Of a DNA stretch of 64,000 bases, positions 12,931 through 25,599 are shown one piece after another; position 1 is the stretch's first letter, and every line of letters starts with the position of its first letter. The position numbers and the translations under genes were made by a program. The notes under the pieces are model-generated. The model did no database searches. It had not been told where the DNA came from and worked only from the letters and a program-made list of their open reading frames with translations. Origin of the DNA: Neoechinorhynchus agilis (taxonomy: Eukaryota; Animalia; Acanthocephala); the NCBI GenBank assembly GCA_051530055.1, contig CM121341.1, forward strand, positions 2,343,538-2,407,537. Direction: 5' to 3'.

Positions 12931-13941
12931 ATGGCAGTTTTCAAACCGTTAAGTGGACGTGTGGTTTTTTTAAGGAGGCTGCCAAATGCTTTGAGTATCG
13001 CCTTACGTCCATTGGCATCACTCACTCCTACCGAAAAAGGCCTAATGGAATTTTTCGATAATGAAAAGAATTGGGGAGCGAACTACATCGTTCATGGCAG
13101 ATCCTGGCGTAAAGAGGAAATACGATTGAAGAGTAACATCGACATACAAAAACTTTGGTTTGTTTTTTGTAATTGGATTCTGTTTTTAAGATTAGATGTA
13201 TAGGTTCGTTCTTCTTAAAGAAAGGAATATGTTATTAACGATGCAAGAAGAGTATCGGCGTCAATATGAAGTATTTCCGAACCCTGAAAGGATAGATAAG
13301 GTGTTGGTTGTTTTATGTGAATTAATATTGTTGTTTTTCATTTGTATTGTACAATCGTAGGTAGAACTAAGTATGGAAAATATCCTTGAGGTTGTTAAAG
13401 AACGAGACGTTGCCGTTAACATGCTGAACAAAGGTAGAACAGGCCTAAATTTACCCTATAAAAGGTGCCAAACAAAATTAATAAACACAAATTCTCATCA
13501 CTTCTTTAGAATTAACAAGTTTGGATTTACTCAATTGTATTTTCCTTCGGAATATCTCGTTCCGTGGTATTTAAACGGTCGATGGAAAAATCTATGGTAT
13601 TATACTAAACTTCCGGTTAATATTTCCCATTTGGTTATTTCTTTTTGTTGAAAATTTCACAGGAGTGGTCCAAGAAATACTCTCTTGATTACGCTCAAAA
13701 AGTTGGTGGTAGAAGGCGAAGGGCAATCAAGTTCATTGAGAGTATTGTTCAGCAAAAAATCAAAGAAGATCCACAAATTGATGTTGAATTTGTTCGGTCT
13801 GAGCTGACAAAAAGGTTTCCTTATTTACGCCGAATGACAACTAAAAGAATTCTACGGCGGCCACTTCCCCAAGAAACTGTGGAAGGCGATCTTTATAATT
13901 ATATTTACGATCCTGACTATGAACCCAAAATTATTCGTTGA
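12931..13941 (+). CDS. MRPL47: Mitochondrial ribosomal protein L47 (uL29m), 5 exons
   Basis: GLMEFFD..KNWG...HGRSW...[27 protein letters not shown]...[29 protein letters not shown]; four short GT-AG introns. Confidence 0.93.
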
Positions 13942-14755
13942 TTTCTGTAAATATAATAAAATTCTACCGTTAATCTAAAGCTTCTGTAACATTCTTTCAA
14001 AAACTACGGTCTCCATTAATTTTATGGGTTGAATAATGTTGTTTATTAGGTTTTTTTATCATTCTCTTAGAACTTTGCGATATTAATGACCGAGTAAATT
14101 TCCTATAAAAATGTTAAGACAAACGTGTTAAACAATTGGAAGTTTAACATTTAAAGCGAGCTCACTAGTTCGTTTCTCTAGTCAAAATAAATTGCGAATA
14201 CTAACGTCGTTATTAATGGAAAAATATACGCATAGCAAGTCGATGTTTGAATTATACAAACATTTTAACACAATTTTAAGTATCTATTGTATCGGGAAAG
14301 CGATGCCCAGATCGAGGTGCAGTGAAGGCACGTCAGTACCCAAAACCCGGAGATCGTCTGGTTCATCCCGATCGTCTGTATATTGCTCAAACATCGATTC
14401 GTTAATGTCGGAGGTTGCTGCAGTTATACGAAAACACAGGTTAATTTCTAAATCCCTATCAAAAGTTGAGATGGGGACGGAAGGTACTAGTATTTTCTGG
14501 GTTCAAGATCAAAAACGTTGTCATGGCGGTAAGATACAACTTTTGATATTTGTGAAATCTAACGTCCGCGATGCACAAAGGCACGAATCAATTACTTTGC
14601 GAGCAATCCGTTTTATGCGACGTGTTTAATTTAATTCAATCAATATTCAAATTTAGACGCAAGAGCGTCGAAATGAATACTTTAAGGACTAATAGTTAGT
14701 ATTTTGGATTTGTAACAAAATCGAAAAAGTAATTTGCTTTACAGCAAACAAATCA

Positions 14756-15735
14756 ATGACGACGGATACAGACTTTTTGAACGATGATATCTTTAAACGT
14801 CGTATTTGCAAGTCTTTAGAGACAATCAGAAGAAAACTTTCTACATGTAAGTCTTATTGTGACTTTGGCTTGTCCGATTAAGTACGTAAACTATTGAGAG
14901 AAAATCCTTCGAGCAGTCATCTAAAATGCATTGAGCTTGTTTCTATCGTGTGGCTCGGGTACGCGAAATAGCCATTCCGGAGATCCGGGACAACAATTCG
15001 TTACGTTTTTCGTTGATTTTAACACGTCGCTGGAAGGTAGCCTTAAGCCAAACTTTGCTTCCATAGCTCGACAAAATCCATGCCATAAAAATCTACTTCT
15101 TGAGAGTCTTTTCAAGTGTGATCCCTTTATTGTGATACAACCAAACTCCAGTCTTCATAATCGAGATAAAATAATGAAGAGCTCTAACGCTTTCGAATCT
15201 AACGGACTTGATAGACGAATTTAGTTGTGTGGTCGGTAGTTGAATCTTTCGATTCCGCTGTCTATTATCCAGCGAGGATATCCTCTTCAAAGAATAAGTA
15301 GATTGCGTGTTATAGTTGTATTTCTTAAAAATTTACAGCTTAGATTTTTCTCAATCGATATTTGAAATCTTTAGACAGATTAGTCGGACTTGTGTACGGT
15401 GGAATCCTGGGAGTCTTAGTGAATGCTTTATTTCCAAGTGGCAAACTAACAATGATAGTAAGACGAATACTTTTATGTTACGGTTAAATAAAAAAACCGT
15501 TACAGAACACGGAGGGAAGACCTTTGAGTTGGAAGCAATTTGAAGAATATTTAGCAGAACGTATTGTTCACCAAGTTAGTATTCTTTTCCACAAACGTAG
15601 ACAATTTATACGCCACTATTGTCCTCAGATACACATTGGGTTCAACAAACACTCAATATCGCAACGACGACAGCACCAGAAGCATATGAATCGGCGTTTG
15701 TACAAGCGAAGCGACTCAAAAACATCTACAAGTGA
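14756..15735 (+). CDS. Putative multi-exon gene of unknown function
   Basis: Joinable exons ..DRLVGLVYGGILGVLVNALFPSGKLTMI/NTEGRPLSWKQFEEYLAERIVHQ/TIYTPLL..KRLKNIYK* using GT-AG introns; 5' exons unresolved. Confidence 0.4.
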
Positions 15736-16611
15736 AGGGTTTGATCGCTCAGGATGGACCAATACAGATCACAGTAATTGTTGGTGGTTCTCGTCTATTC
15801 AACGTTTGGTTATACTTTAAAACTTTTAGGTAATCTGATGGTGAGAAGAGCATTAGCCAACAACTTTCTTTTCTTAATAGGAACGGTAAGATGAATTTGT
15901 GAAGCCTTAAATGGTTGCTTGTTTTATTTAAAAATTGGTTTCCAAAGTTTTCGAGATTATTAAGTATTTTGATGGATAAAATATTGATTAGTTTAAAAAA
16001 TCAATGTTTTTTAAAATCACATTAAAAATTCCATTTATTTTTAATATGTGCAAACATAAATATCAAAATAATAATGTAAGATTAGAGTTTTAGTGTTCTA
16101 AATCGTACTCTCTCAAGCTCAAATTCTGCTTGTTTAATTCCAATTTCTCTTTTACGGCTATTTCAGCTGTTTCCCGCTGTTATTTCAGTGATTTCTTCAA
16201 TTTTCTACTATTAAAGTTTAAACTCATGCCACAAAACTAAAACAATCTTCTATTAAGAATCTTGTTCCATACCAATCAACTCATCGCCACATTGATAGTT
16301 CCGAATGTGATTTAAAAACAATTTCACCAAAGTAAGCTTAAACTAAAAGTTCACTTAACATCATTTTCCCTTCTCAAAAAAGGAGTAATAAGTTTTCAGG
16401 GTCAAACGATGATAAAAACCAAGTTTCTACTCTTATTCAGCAATTGGAAAAACTTACCCTTATCCGATCACGTCGAATTTGTGATTCCTCATCTAGCTTA
16501 AGATCAAAAAAAGGTTGGTACGAGTTTGTAAATCATTTGCACCAGTTGTTTTGCATGCGCGACTTTTCCAACCATACTTTTTGATCAAGATTTTTGAAGA
16601 CTTGCTCTAAA

Positions 16612-18576
16612 ATGAAAAAAGTTACAGACATTCCGTTCTTGATAATATTTGCGTCAAATCTATTCTTTTATTCCATCATGATCGGACTTGCTTGGTACTA
16701 TGGACACGGATCAAATCAAATTCCCGTTGATTCCGATGGAAATATTTGCGGAAAAGCGACGAACGAGTTGGTTGCCACAAAACCTTTGTTGTATTTCTTT
16801 AAACCGATTAAGTGTCTCGGAGCCATGATTACCCCATTTAATTGCTATTCCACTCAAATATGCGTTGAAAAATGCCCACTTCAAGGATCCGTTGTATGTC
16901 ATTACAGTGTAAAACTTGAGAACATGACCAACTCAAACGATGATTTGCCGAAAGGCTGTACAAGTGTTAAATTTCAAACTGTTCCTTTCTACGGTAGATG
17001 TTTCCCTGATTTTTTGTTCTCATTTACATCCAAGACATTGCCGATTGTGATTTTTTGATAGTTTTTAAGTTTCTCATTCTTCACCAAAGATCACAGTCAT
17101 AACAAACAAATTAAAAATGCCGAATTTTTTCAATCTTGTAACACAATCTTTTCTCAAAACATCTTGGATATTAATTACTATTATCTACGTAGCCATAACT
17201 TCAACACTCATTTACGTTGCACTCTTAAGATATTTTGTTCGTTGGCTGATTTTCAGTTCGATTTTATCAGCACTCATCTTATCTGTTATAATGTTCATCA
17301 CCTCATTGTTTCTGGTTGTGACCGATTACAGCAGAGTAATTCAACAGACAATAATTGGAGAATTAATCGATGAACAGTTTATAAAAATCCGAAATTTACT
17401 TGTAGTGTTTATTTGTATTTCTTCTATCGCCGTAACAGTCTTAATTGGGTTATTGTTTGGTCTCCGTAATCAATTATCAACGGCCGCAATCCTTATCACC
17501 GAAGCTCACAGAGCAATCTCAAACTCTCCTTCTACGCTTAATCAAAGATTGCAAGCTGGTACTTTAAAAGGCAAACCTTGATTAAGTGAACGCTCTGTTG
17601 GCCTTTGATTCAACTAATGGTTTTAGTGTCACTGATTGTTCACTATTTGTTTGCATGTAGCCAAATGAGATCCTGGTTCGAACACTTGCCTCATCTTGGA
17701 CTATTGCCGCTTAACAATTTCATCGGAATATCCATGCAAATCAGCGTCATTCTAATCACATTTTGGCTTATCATCTACTCATTCGCCATCGAACACATTA
17801 CTCTTTGCGACCTTTTCTGCGTTCAGTATCATTCGGACGATAGAATTATGAGACTTCCATTTGGTCAACTAATCATTTCTTACAAAGACGCATTGTTGTA
17901 TCATTCCGGATCAGCTGCTCTCGGTTCTCTACTCACTAATATATTAAGTTTTTTTCGAATATTTTTGCACCTAATTGGGCAACTAGTGAGTCGGATAAAT
18001 GCTTCTGGTCGTATTGATAAACTAGTCTTGATGTTTAAAAGCTTAACCGTCTTCGTTTGTACTATCTTAGAGAGGCTGACACCAACTGCCTACATATTGG
18101 TTGCAAAGGACTCTGAAGATTTCTTACCTGCTTGCAAGAAAACATTTGAGTACATCTTTAAAAGTGCCGTACAATATCCTTTGGTTCAGACAACTGCAAC
18201 CGTTCTGGTCGTGATCATCACAACTCTTGTTTCCGGCACAACATCTACATTTTGTTATACAGTACTGATAATCGCTCCGCATATTCATCCGATTTTCTCC
18301 GTTGAACGTAATTTACTCTACGTCCCCGTAATATTAAGCGCTGCTATTTCATTCGTCATTTGCTTTGCTCTCCTGAACGTTTATTGGATTGCATTGGATA
18401 CCATGTTTATTTGTTTGGTTCAAGATCTTGAAACGAACGACGGTTCTGTGGCGAAACCGTACTCAATGAGTGAACATTTGCTCAATGCGATGACCGTTAG
18501 TCAGTTGTTGCCGGAGGAAAAACTAGAACGTGCAAGACAAAGTATTAGGCAGAAAAACCTAAAACAAAATCAGTAA
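16612..18576 (+). CDS. Choline transporter-like protein (SLC44/CTL family), 3 segments
   Basis: DSDGNICG, LLYFFKPIKC, TQICVEKCP, YGRCFP, SWIL..LLRY, YHSGSAALGSL, DTMFICLVQDLETNDGSVAKPYSMS. Frame joins need an intron near 17047..17089 (GT-AG possible) and one at 17536..17591 (non-canonical). Confidence 0.9.
17536..17591 (+). other. Non-canonical hairpin-bounded intron (GC...AC) in CTL
   Basis: TAC|GCTTAATCAAAG ... CTTGATTAAGT GAAC|G; 5-bp direct repeat ACGCT; removal gives PST-LCWPLIQLMVL. Confidence 0.72.
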
Positions 18577-18876
18577 CATTTCTAATACACGCACATTTCT
18601 GTTCGCATGTCTGAATTTTGAGCTTTTCTCGAATAAAAGCTATTCTCGTTTAGATGTGGCTTCATCGATGTCGTCACCACTTTCGAAGAGTGCACTGACT
18701 TTATCAAATCAACTGTTTTCTTCAACCGAATGCGACAGTTGGAGCTTTCAACCGGCTGCTGCGGCTAATCAATTAGGGGATTGTGCATGCCAATGGACTA
18801 GTCAATCTGAGCAATACTCAAAAGTTTATTGAAAAAACTAAAAACTAAAACTAGTAAACTATGTTTTGTTCCTGCT

Positions 18877-19227
18877 TCATGGGTAGTAGCAGCAACTGCT
18901 GGCCGGAGGTCTCGGGAATCCCGGCATGCACGGAAATGGTGGGCAGCATGGTGCTGGTGGCCCACACATCGGAGGAACGCACGGTCCACATTGTGGTGGG
19001 CAGCATGGAGCTGGCGGCCCACACATTGGAGGAACGCACGGTCCACATTGTGGTGGGCAGCATGGAGCTGGCGGCATCGGACAGCATGGTTGCGATGGCA
19101 TCGAACAGCATCCATATGATCCACAAGCTTGAGGTCCACATGGCGGTCCACAATATGGAGCACATTGTGGCGTCGGAATGATGCATGGGACGTAGTACGG
19201 AGTCGAGCAAGATGAAGAACCTCCCAT
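18877..19227 (-). CDS. Small Cys/Pro-rich protein with 19-aa repeats
   Basis: 116-aa ORF with (PAPCCPPQCGPCVPPMCGP)x~2.4; the 57-bp repeat explains the many overlapping ORFs. Confidence 0.75.
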   Translation of the reverse strand: MGGSSSCSTPYYVPCIIPTPQCAPYCGPPCGPQACGSYGCCSMPSQPCCPMPPAPCCPPQCGPCVPPMCGPPAPCCPPQCGPCVPPMCGPPAPCCPPFPCMPGFPRPPASSCCYYP

Positions 19228-19686
19228 ATCGGTAAGTGCACTGTATTTTAAAGATCTTGATCTCCTACATTTATACCCTTGAAAATGTATACAACTCCTT
19301 CATGTTTGTATGCAGGTATTAATTTTGAACACTTTGAACGTATACAATGATTATAATATTGGTGAACATACTCCCGGTCATAACCTATTTGATTTTGATT
19401 TATAAGGGAAATATTTCGCGAAGAGGTAACCTCGCCTCACCAGTCATTGCTTGTAAGTTTTTTTCATTCCATACACGACCGAATGGACACACGGTCCTCC
19501 GATTTTTGGTCTGGGAAGCGCTGGTCTGCGCTCAATGCCCCAAGACCGAACGGTTAATAGTTTGTACGTCCCTCCTGATTCTCAGATACCTCCAGAAGGT
19601 GGGACTAATCAGTGAGTTACCCGTTGACTCTTAACTGGGAATCAGGAGCATTAGTCCACTTGACCACCTCAGCACAACTACGGAAT

Positions 19687-19811
19687 GTACAAACTTCGCC
19701 AATTTAGCCTGGATAAGCTTTCCGATTTTTTAGAATTATTATTTTTTTCCATACACGGCCGAATGGAAAAAATCGGACAGCTTATCCAGGCTAAAGTGGC
19801 GAAGTTTGTAT
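19687..19811. repeat. Palindromic element, ~45-bp inverted repeat
   Basis: GTACAAACTTCGCCAATTTAGCCTGGATAAGCTTTCCGATTTTTT / AAAAAATCGGACAGCTTATCCAGGCTAAAGTGGCGAAGTTTGTAT. Confidence 0.9.
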
Positions 19812-19944
19812 ATTCCGGCTTCTTTTCCTCCTGATTGACTGTAGGAGGAAAAGAAGAAATTTATCGAGACACCATTCATCAGTGATAGTTGGAATTCAAA
19901 AATAGACACCCTGATCAAACGAATCGATGGGGACAAAGTGTTCA

Positions 19945-20274
19945 CTACGTATAGTAGGAAGGGCAGGACTCTCCAAGAAATACTCCGACCGAAGAATGAG
20001 GATGTTCCTGCTGGATGTGTCTATAGATTCCATGCTCGAATTGCAGTCTGTCATATGTGGGACAAACGAACAATCTAAATAGAAGAATTGTTGAGCACAG
20101 AAGAGCAGCTATCAAAAGTCTGATGTGAGCTCGGCAATAGTTTCTCACAACAATGGCAGTGGGCATGAAATCAATTTTGATGGCGGCGAGGGTCTTGCGA
20201 GGAGTAATGTAAGACGCTACAGAATGACTATGGAAGCCATCATTATCACGCAAACGGATACTTTTGTTGGCCAC
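19945..20274 (-). CDS. First exon of a hypothetical single-pass membrane protein
   Basis: Hydrophobic LLIAALLCSTILLFRLFV segment; the ORF stops just after TAC|GTAG, where an intron probably begins. Confidence 0.45.
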   Translation of the reverse strand: MANKSIRLRDNDGFHSHSVASYITPRKTLAAIKIDFMPTAIVVRNYCRAHIRLLIAALLCSTILLFRLFVCPTYDRLQFEHGIYRHIQQEHPHSSVGVFLGESCPSYYT

Positions 20275-21087
20275 AAAACTGACTACAAACTCAGTCTCTG
20301 AGTCCCACCGGATAAACTATTTGAAAATGCTTCTTTTAAATTGTGGATTAACTGAAGAAGGCCAACGAAAAGGCCGAAAATTGTCAAGAAAAATCAATTT
20401 TCTTAATCAAAGATCGCTAATTGAAACTGAAACTATAATGAATAATTTCTTTGCAATATTTTTTCTGACGAAAATAGATGAAATTTCACCACTCGGTGAT
20501 TCTAGATAATAGTAAACAATCACAAAAAATTCAAATATTCTTTTTTCAAATGTTTTCATAATATTACGATGCAAATTCGAACCCCTAAAAACGCCGATAT
20601 TTTTCGTAAAAAAACAAACAAATTTAGACAGTGGAAATACAATCAGAGAAATTCGATTTTGCTTAATGAAATAAATATTAACGGTAAAAATCAATTTTTG
20701 CATGACCGTTACGCATTTGTTCTCTACACCACACTCCCCAATCAACTCTAATATAGTACAAATGTTTTTTCTTATATGGCAATCATAAACCAATAGTGCT
20801 AGAAGCGATGTTTTTCGTGATGAAAATTTGATTTCATTAAGACGAAAAAGAAAAAACTGGGACTTGATTGATGGAATTAAGATTAGAAGTAGAACACTTT
20901 TTGATTCGTTGTGTTACTAGCCATGAAAATAATGGATTTTTTATAGCCGTCAGTGTTCTCTGATTTTTTGCAAATGTTTTTTCTTATATGGCAATCATAA
21001 ACCAATAGTGCTAGAAGCGATGTTTTTTCTAGGACAGAATAAAAGATTGGATGTAATTGTTCGAATAGAGAATAAATGTTAGGTCTC

Positions 21088-21292
21088 CACTTGCGGTAAA
21101 TGATTATTTGGATTAAAGACGTTTCGAACCTCGTCGGGCTCATCATCAGTTCTAAAATGCAAGTGGATAAGTAATTATTTCCCTCTCACACGCGCTTATG
21201 GCAGATTTTGTTGTTTCATTTTTTAGATGTTAAGACAGAGTTTGTAAGCTCGTTAGACATTCATGAAATAAATAATCATTCACCGCTGGTGT
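21088..21292. mobile_element. Dispersed repeat family with inverted ends GCGGTAAATGATTATT...AATAATCATTCACCGC; relatives at ~440..485 and ~8272..8355
   Basis: CATTTACCGC..TCTAAACAATAATTC block found at three loci, one inside the eIF2A non-canonical intron. Confidence 0.65.
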
Positions 21293-21770
21293 AGACTTCT
21301 AAACAATAATTCTAATCACATTTCCTGGTACCTCACATATCGACATTTTAATAAGCATAAGACCCGTTTCGATTATTTTTTATTAAATACAAATGAAACA
21401 ACTGGATTTCTTTGTGATTTTCTGCTTCGTGGCCGTAATCACATGGAAGTTCATTGTTGTTTATTATTTTAAATCAACAAAATTTCTCCTAGATTTATAT
21501 TTATTTTCTGCCAGTTCTGCGAGGTTGCAACCCACATGTGTGTTGATCCATGCAGAATTCGTAACCGTTTCGCGACGCACAATGCGCACTCAATAGCTCT
21601 CGTGCTTTCCTTGCAAATGGCAGAATACGAGATGGAGCACATGTAAACGAGGGAAAGTGAATTCGGATAAAGGAACGACGAATAGCAGGAGATGGCGACT
21701 TTAAACCAAGCTAAGGTTGGTGGTAATCATCTCAAAAATCATAAAATCTGTAAAAGTTCTTTAGATAGGA

Positions 21771-22430
21771 ATGTGTGGGAGATGTATATTGAACTTAGTT
21801 CTCTGGATTACCAGTGCATGCTTTTTTGTACTCGGAATGACGTTCATGGTAGCTGGTTGTGTGCTCAGGAGTTCAAAAGGTCGTTGGGTAATGATCGGCG
21901 TACTGAGACACGTGAGTGTTATTGTTGACGGCCTTCATGGTGAAGATTTCGCTTCTCTTCCGGACGTGTCCAAACCTACTTTTGTTTTATCCGGTATTTT
22001 CTTCATTTTCGCCATACTCGGATTGCTTTCAAGCTCCTGTGGATCTAGACGAATTGGTTACGTTTATGCTACAGCACTATTAATTGCGTTGATTTGCCAA
22101 TCTACGCTTGTGATGATTTATCTTATTAGCGCTAATACATTCGAGTCAATCATAACACATATTCTTCAATCTTATGCTGATCAGAATCAGAAAGCATTTC
22201 GATCTATGGTAATTAATATGGAGATCGGAGATTGGTGCTGCAGTTGGAAGTCAGGAAACAAAACCGTTGATGGTTGTGAATTAATGTTGAGATGGTGCGC
22301 CGTTAAGATTATTGAGATATTCAAGCGAAACTCACGAGTACCTACTATTTTTACCACTTTCATTTATATTCTGCAAGTGTTCGCAATGTCCGGTGCTGTT
22401 GCTAATGGTTGCGTTAGATATAGGCGTTAA
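21771..22430 (+). CDS. Tetraspanin-family protein
   Basis: Four hydrophobic segments, GLLSSSCG after TM2, CC motif and Cys in the large extracellular loop. Confidence 0.8.
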   Translation: MCGRCILNLVLWITSACFFVLGMTFMVAGCVLRSSKGRWVMIGVLRHVSVIVDGLHGEDFASLPDVSKPTFVLSGIFFIFAILGLLSSSCGSRRIGYVYATALLIALICQSTLVMIYLISANTFESIITHILQSYADQNQKAFRSMVINMEIGDWCCSWKSGNKTVDGCELMLRWCAVKIIEIFKRNSRVPTIFTTFIYILQVFAMSGAVANGCVRYRR

Positions 22431-22849
22431 TAAAAAAATACAATTTTTGTAATTTTTGAAGATGACTTCTTGAATGAGTGCGACCCAATTTTTTGTTGAT
22501 TTCTAGAATTTGTCGATTTTCATTCACATTTTTGTGAATAAATGATTTACAAAGTTAATATCACTTGTCATAAATAACGTAACTCCCGACTTTTCTTCTA
22601 CTTTAGTATCTTGAAAATCTGATGAGATGCGGCACTCATGGGAAAATCCAAAAAGTTGTGTCAGACTTTTGCTAAAGTAGCTTGAAAAGAGACGCAAAGA
22701 TGTCAACTCTGATTTTAAGTAATACTCGTTTCTAATGAAACATTTATGACTATCCCTTTCCTAGCATTTTCAAATTAATGTCATATATCATTGTTTCTCA
22801 AAACAGCAACACATAGCGGCCATCGCAAGAAGAAGGAAACCACAAGCAT

Positions 22850-23460
22850 CTCCCTCAAATACACCGGCTTTCGCCACATAAGTAACACAGCGACCAGAAA
22901 ACTGAGGCGTCTCAACTACATCGCTCCAAATCTTTTGATTTACAACAAACGGGGCGCATCCATTGCGGGTATTCTCAAGAGGAAAGCCAAACAAGAGACC
23001 AAATCAGGGATCTACAAAATTCCATGTGCGGAATAACTATGCAAGGGATCAAGAAACGGATTTTGCAGCATAAACAGGCTTGCAGGACATTCGACAAATC
23101 CTCAGCAATCTCGAACCACTAGCAAACAATCCAGCACAAGGTGGATTTTGAAAAGGCGAGATTCATAACCAGCGAACCGGATCAGATAAGAAGACTGATT
23201 CTTTAGGCCATTCACATCCGGAGAAGTCCAGCGACGGAATGCAACAAATCAAACCACACACTGGTGCTACCAAAGTTGCGTAGCATGACGAACAAATTAG
23301 TCGGCAACAAACCGCAAGAGGTGTGTGCGGATCGAACGCCCCACACTTCTGGTATTAGCAAACCCGCGGATCTGAGCTACATCCAAACGTGACCGGCTGT
23401 GCATGCTGTTTATATTGTCTCCATTTTAGATAGAGACTGAAGAGGCAAGGAAAACCTTGC
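22850..23460 (+). mobile_element. Decayed Penelope-like element 3' part (GIY-YIG endonuclease)
   Basis: SGIYKIPC, HKQACRTFDKSSAI, HKVDFEKARFITSEPDQIRRLIL*AIHIR, with stops and frameshift. Confidence 0.8.
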
Positions 23461-23584
23461 GAAATATTTCTCAAATAAATGAGTAACGACAACACCGGGG
23501 ACAGGACACGCCAATTACTTCACACCTGTATTTAAACAGTTACAGAACCTTTATTTTGGCAATGAAGTTTTAATGAATTTTTCA

Positions 23585-24191
23585 TTAATCTTTTATTTCA
23601 AATTTGTCGAATAGATAAAGACCAAGTCCTTGACCGACTCGTTTAATGTTCGTCAATTTCTGTGATATTTCATAGATTTCATCGTTCTAAATCAGGATGA
23701 ATATTTTCGCTTATAAAATTATTATCTTAACATTTTACCTGGTGTTTGAAAAACCAATCGAGCATATCAAGTAAATGATTATCGTGGTTTTTCTCAGCCT
23801 GGGCAGCCAACTCCTTAATACAAACGAATAAATCTTGTTCCATTTTTAGATGATATTCCATTACATCCACAGCTGAATTCCATGGTTCCTTTCGATCAAG
23901 GTTTAAATCTTCATAGAGAACCTTCGCACCTCGCGTTAGTTGGAATTTTATAAATTCATCAGCATGCTGTTTTTCACCGTCGGACTCCTCTTCGAAATAT
24001 TTAGCCAAATTCGGTAAGGCTACATCGTGTTGTTTAAAATAAGTAGCCATTTGCATGTACTGGTACCATGCTTTTAGTTCGAGATTAATTTGCCTATTTA
24101 CCAGTCGCTCGCATTCTGTACTGTAGTCGCAACGAATATCGGAGTTGGTCTGAATAGCAACCATTAGATGTTCGAGAAAAGATAGCAGCAT
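23585..24191 (-). CDS. Ferritin, 2 exons
   Basis: LVNRQINLELKAWYQYMQMATYF..DVALPNLAKYFEEES..EKQHADEFIKFQLTRG; GT-AG intron, then NDEIYEISQKLTNIKRVGQGLGLYLFDKFEIKD*. Confidence 0.95.
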
Positions 24192-25599
24192 GAGGGAGAT
24201 TTTATATCTTTACTAAAGTTCATCGAGTTCATTGTTTTTAAAATTGAGAGCAAAGGTGAGCCGACTCAAGTCTGTAACAGAGACAATGATATTTTTCGTG
24301 AAATAAAAAGCAGGGTGAAAATAAAAGTCTAGACGTCGAAGAATACAAAGTGGCCACTTTGATCGATTATTGAAAACATTAGGCAAAAGCTTTAAAAATC
24401 ATTTATGAAAAAAATCCGCGACCTTCTCAAATCTGGAAATAGTAAGAAGATTGCGGAAATAAATATAAGAACTTTTTTAGGTTAACAATTGAAATCGACG
24501 AATCTGTTAAACGTCACTTTTTACTATCCTTAACAGACAATTTTTTAGGACAGATAAGAAGTTTAAACATAGATTTGGGTTTAATACTTACATTTAACTT
24601 CCAGCTTTATGATATAATCAAAATTATTACTGTTTATTCCAAACTTTGTCCTAATCGTTTTTAACTTACGCTGCCAGATAGTTGATTTTGGTTTAAAAAT
24701 GATTTTTGTTTTGCGCCAATAAATGTTCGACTATCTCGACGATTATTTTTTATTGCGTGAATATCGAGCGTCTATCATAGAACAATCGCTTAAGCACTCG
24801 CAACTTTAACGCTCATTTTAAACCTTTGCAGTGCTTCGGTTATAAATAATGGTTTTTATTAATTTATGATTGCACTACTACACTTTTATCGGAAGTTGCG
24901 TTCGAAATGATCATCAAAAATGATCTAGGTTGTATCCGGATACTACAAATTATTGATTAATTTCACTTTCGAAAACCGGAGCTCATTCTTGAGGTAACAA
25001 TCGGGCGATTGAACGTAGAACCTAATATGTATTGCGGGAATCTCTTCACCGAAATGCAGCCATTGTTTTAAAATTTGATAAAATCACTCATGCTTGAAAT
25101 TCCAGATTTATAGACAAGAAGCGAGAAGAGATATTCTCTTGTTAAATTCTTAAGTTTAAATTGGAAAATTTTCCCATTCAATGTGGTTGGACCTGAGCGT
25201 TACATTTGTCTGTTGTAAAGAACAAAATTTAATCTGGTATTATATTTATTTGGGAACTTATATTTTAGCAATAGAGAATTTGCATGGAAAATCTCATTGC
25301 GTATCAAAATACTTTATCGCCTATTGAACACTTAAACAACGCTAAAACTAAGATCAAAACGACGAACAAGATCACTTCGTTGTACGCGGGTAGGTATTCG
25401 CTCTTATCGATGTCTTTTTTGGCCTACTGTCTTGATTTCGTGATTTCAACGACTCCATCCACTATGAAATATCGAGTTCTATTAGAGGCCACGATAACGA
25501 TGCTGATGCACGTCAACTCGAACCCACCATTAGCAAAAAATTGAAGGTGCTTATACTCGGATTTCTCTCTTTGAGATAATCAATCCTTTGAAATCCAAA

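Noticed and set aside
17028-17142. First CTL break as another non-canonical intron (TAC|A...AAC|A, or 17046..17100 with a stem)
   Set aside because: A 43-nt GT-AG intron (17047..17089) with a pyrimidine tract restores the frame equally well, so it was not counted.
18798-19241. Five alternative ORFs over the Cys/Pro gene, and a plus-strand GTAAGT...TGCAG intron-like stretch at 19232..19315
   Set aside because: Explained by the GC-rich 57-bp repeat; no coherent plus-strand gene could be assembled.
20760-21028. ~57-bp direct repeat about 210 bp apart
   Set aside because: Simple local duplication in AT-rich DNA with no further structure.
23590-23700. Suspected frameshift in ferritin exon 2
   Set aside because: Re-reading shows an intact frame after a normal GT-AG intron.
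24191-24330. Iron-responsive element upstream of ferritin
   Set aside because: No CAGUGN-loop hairpin found.
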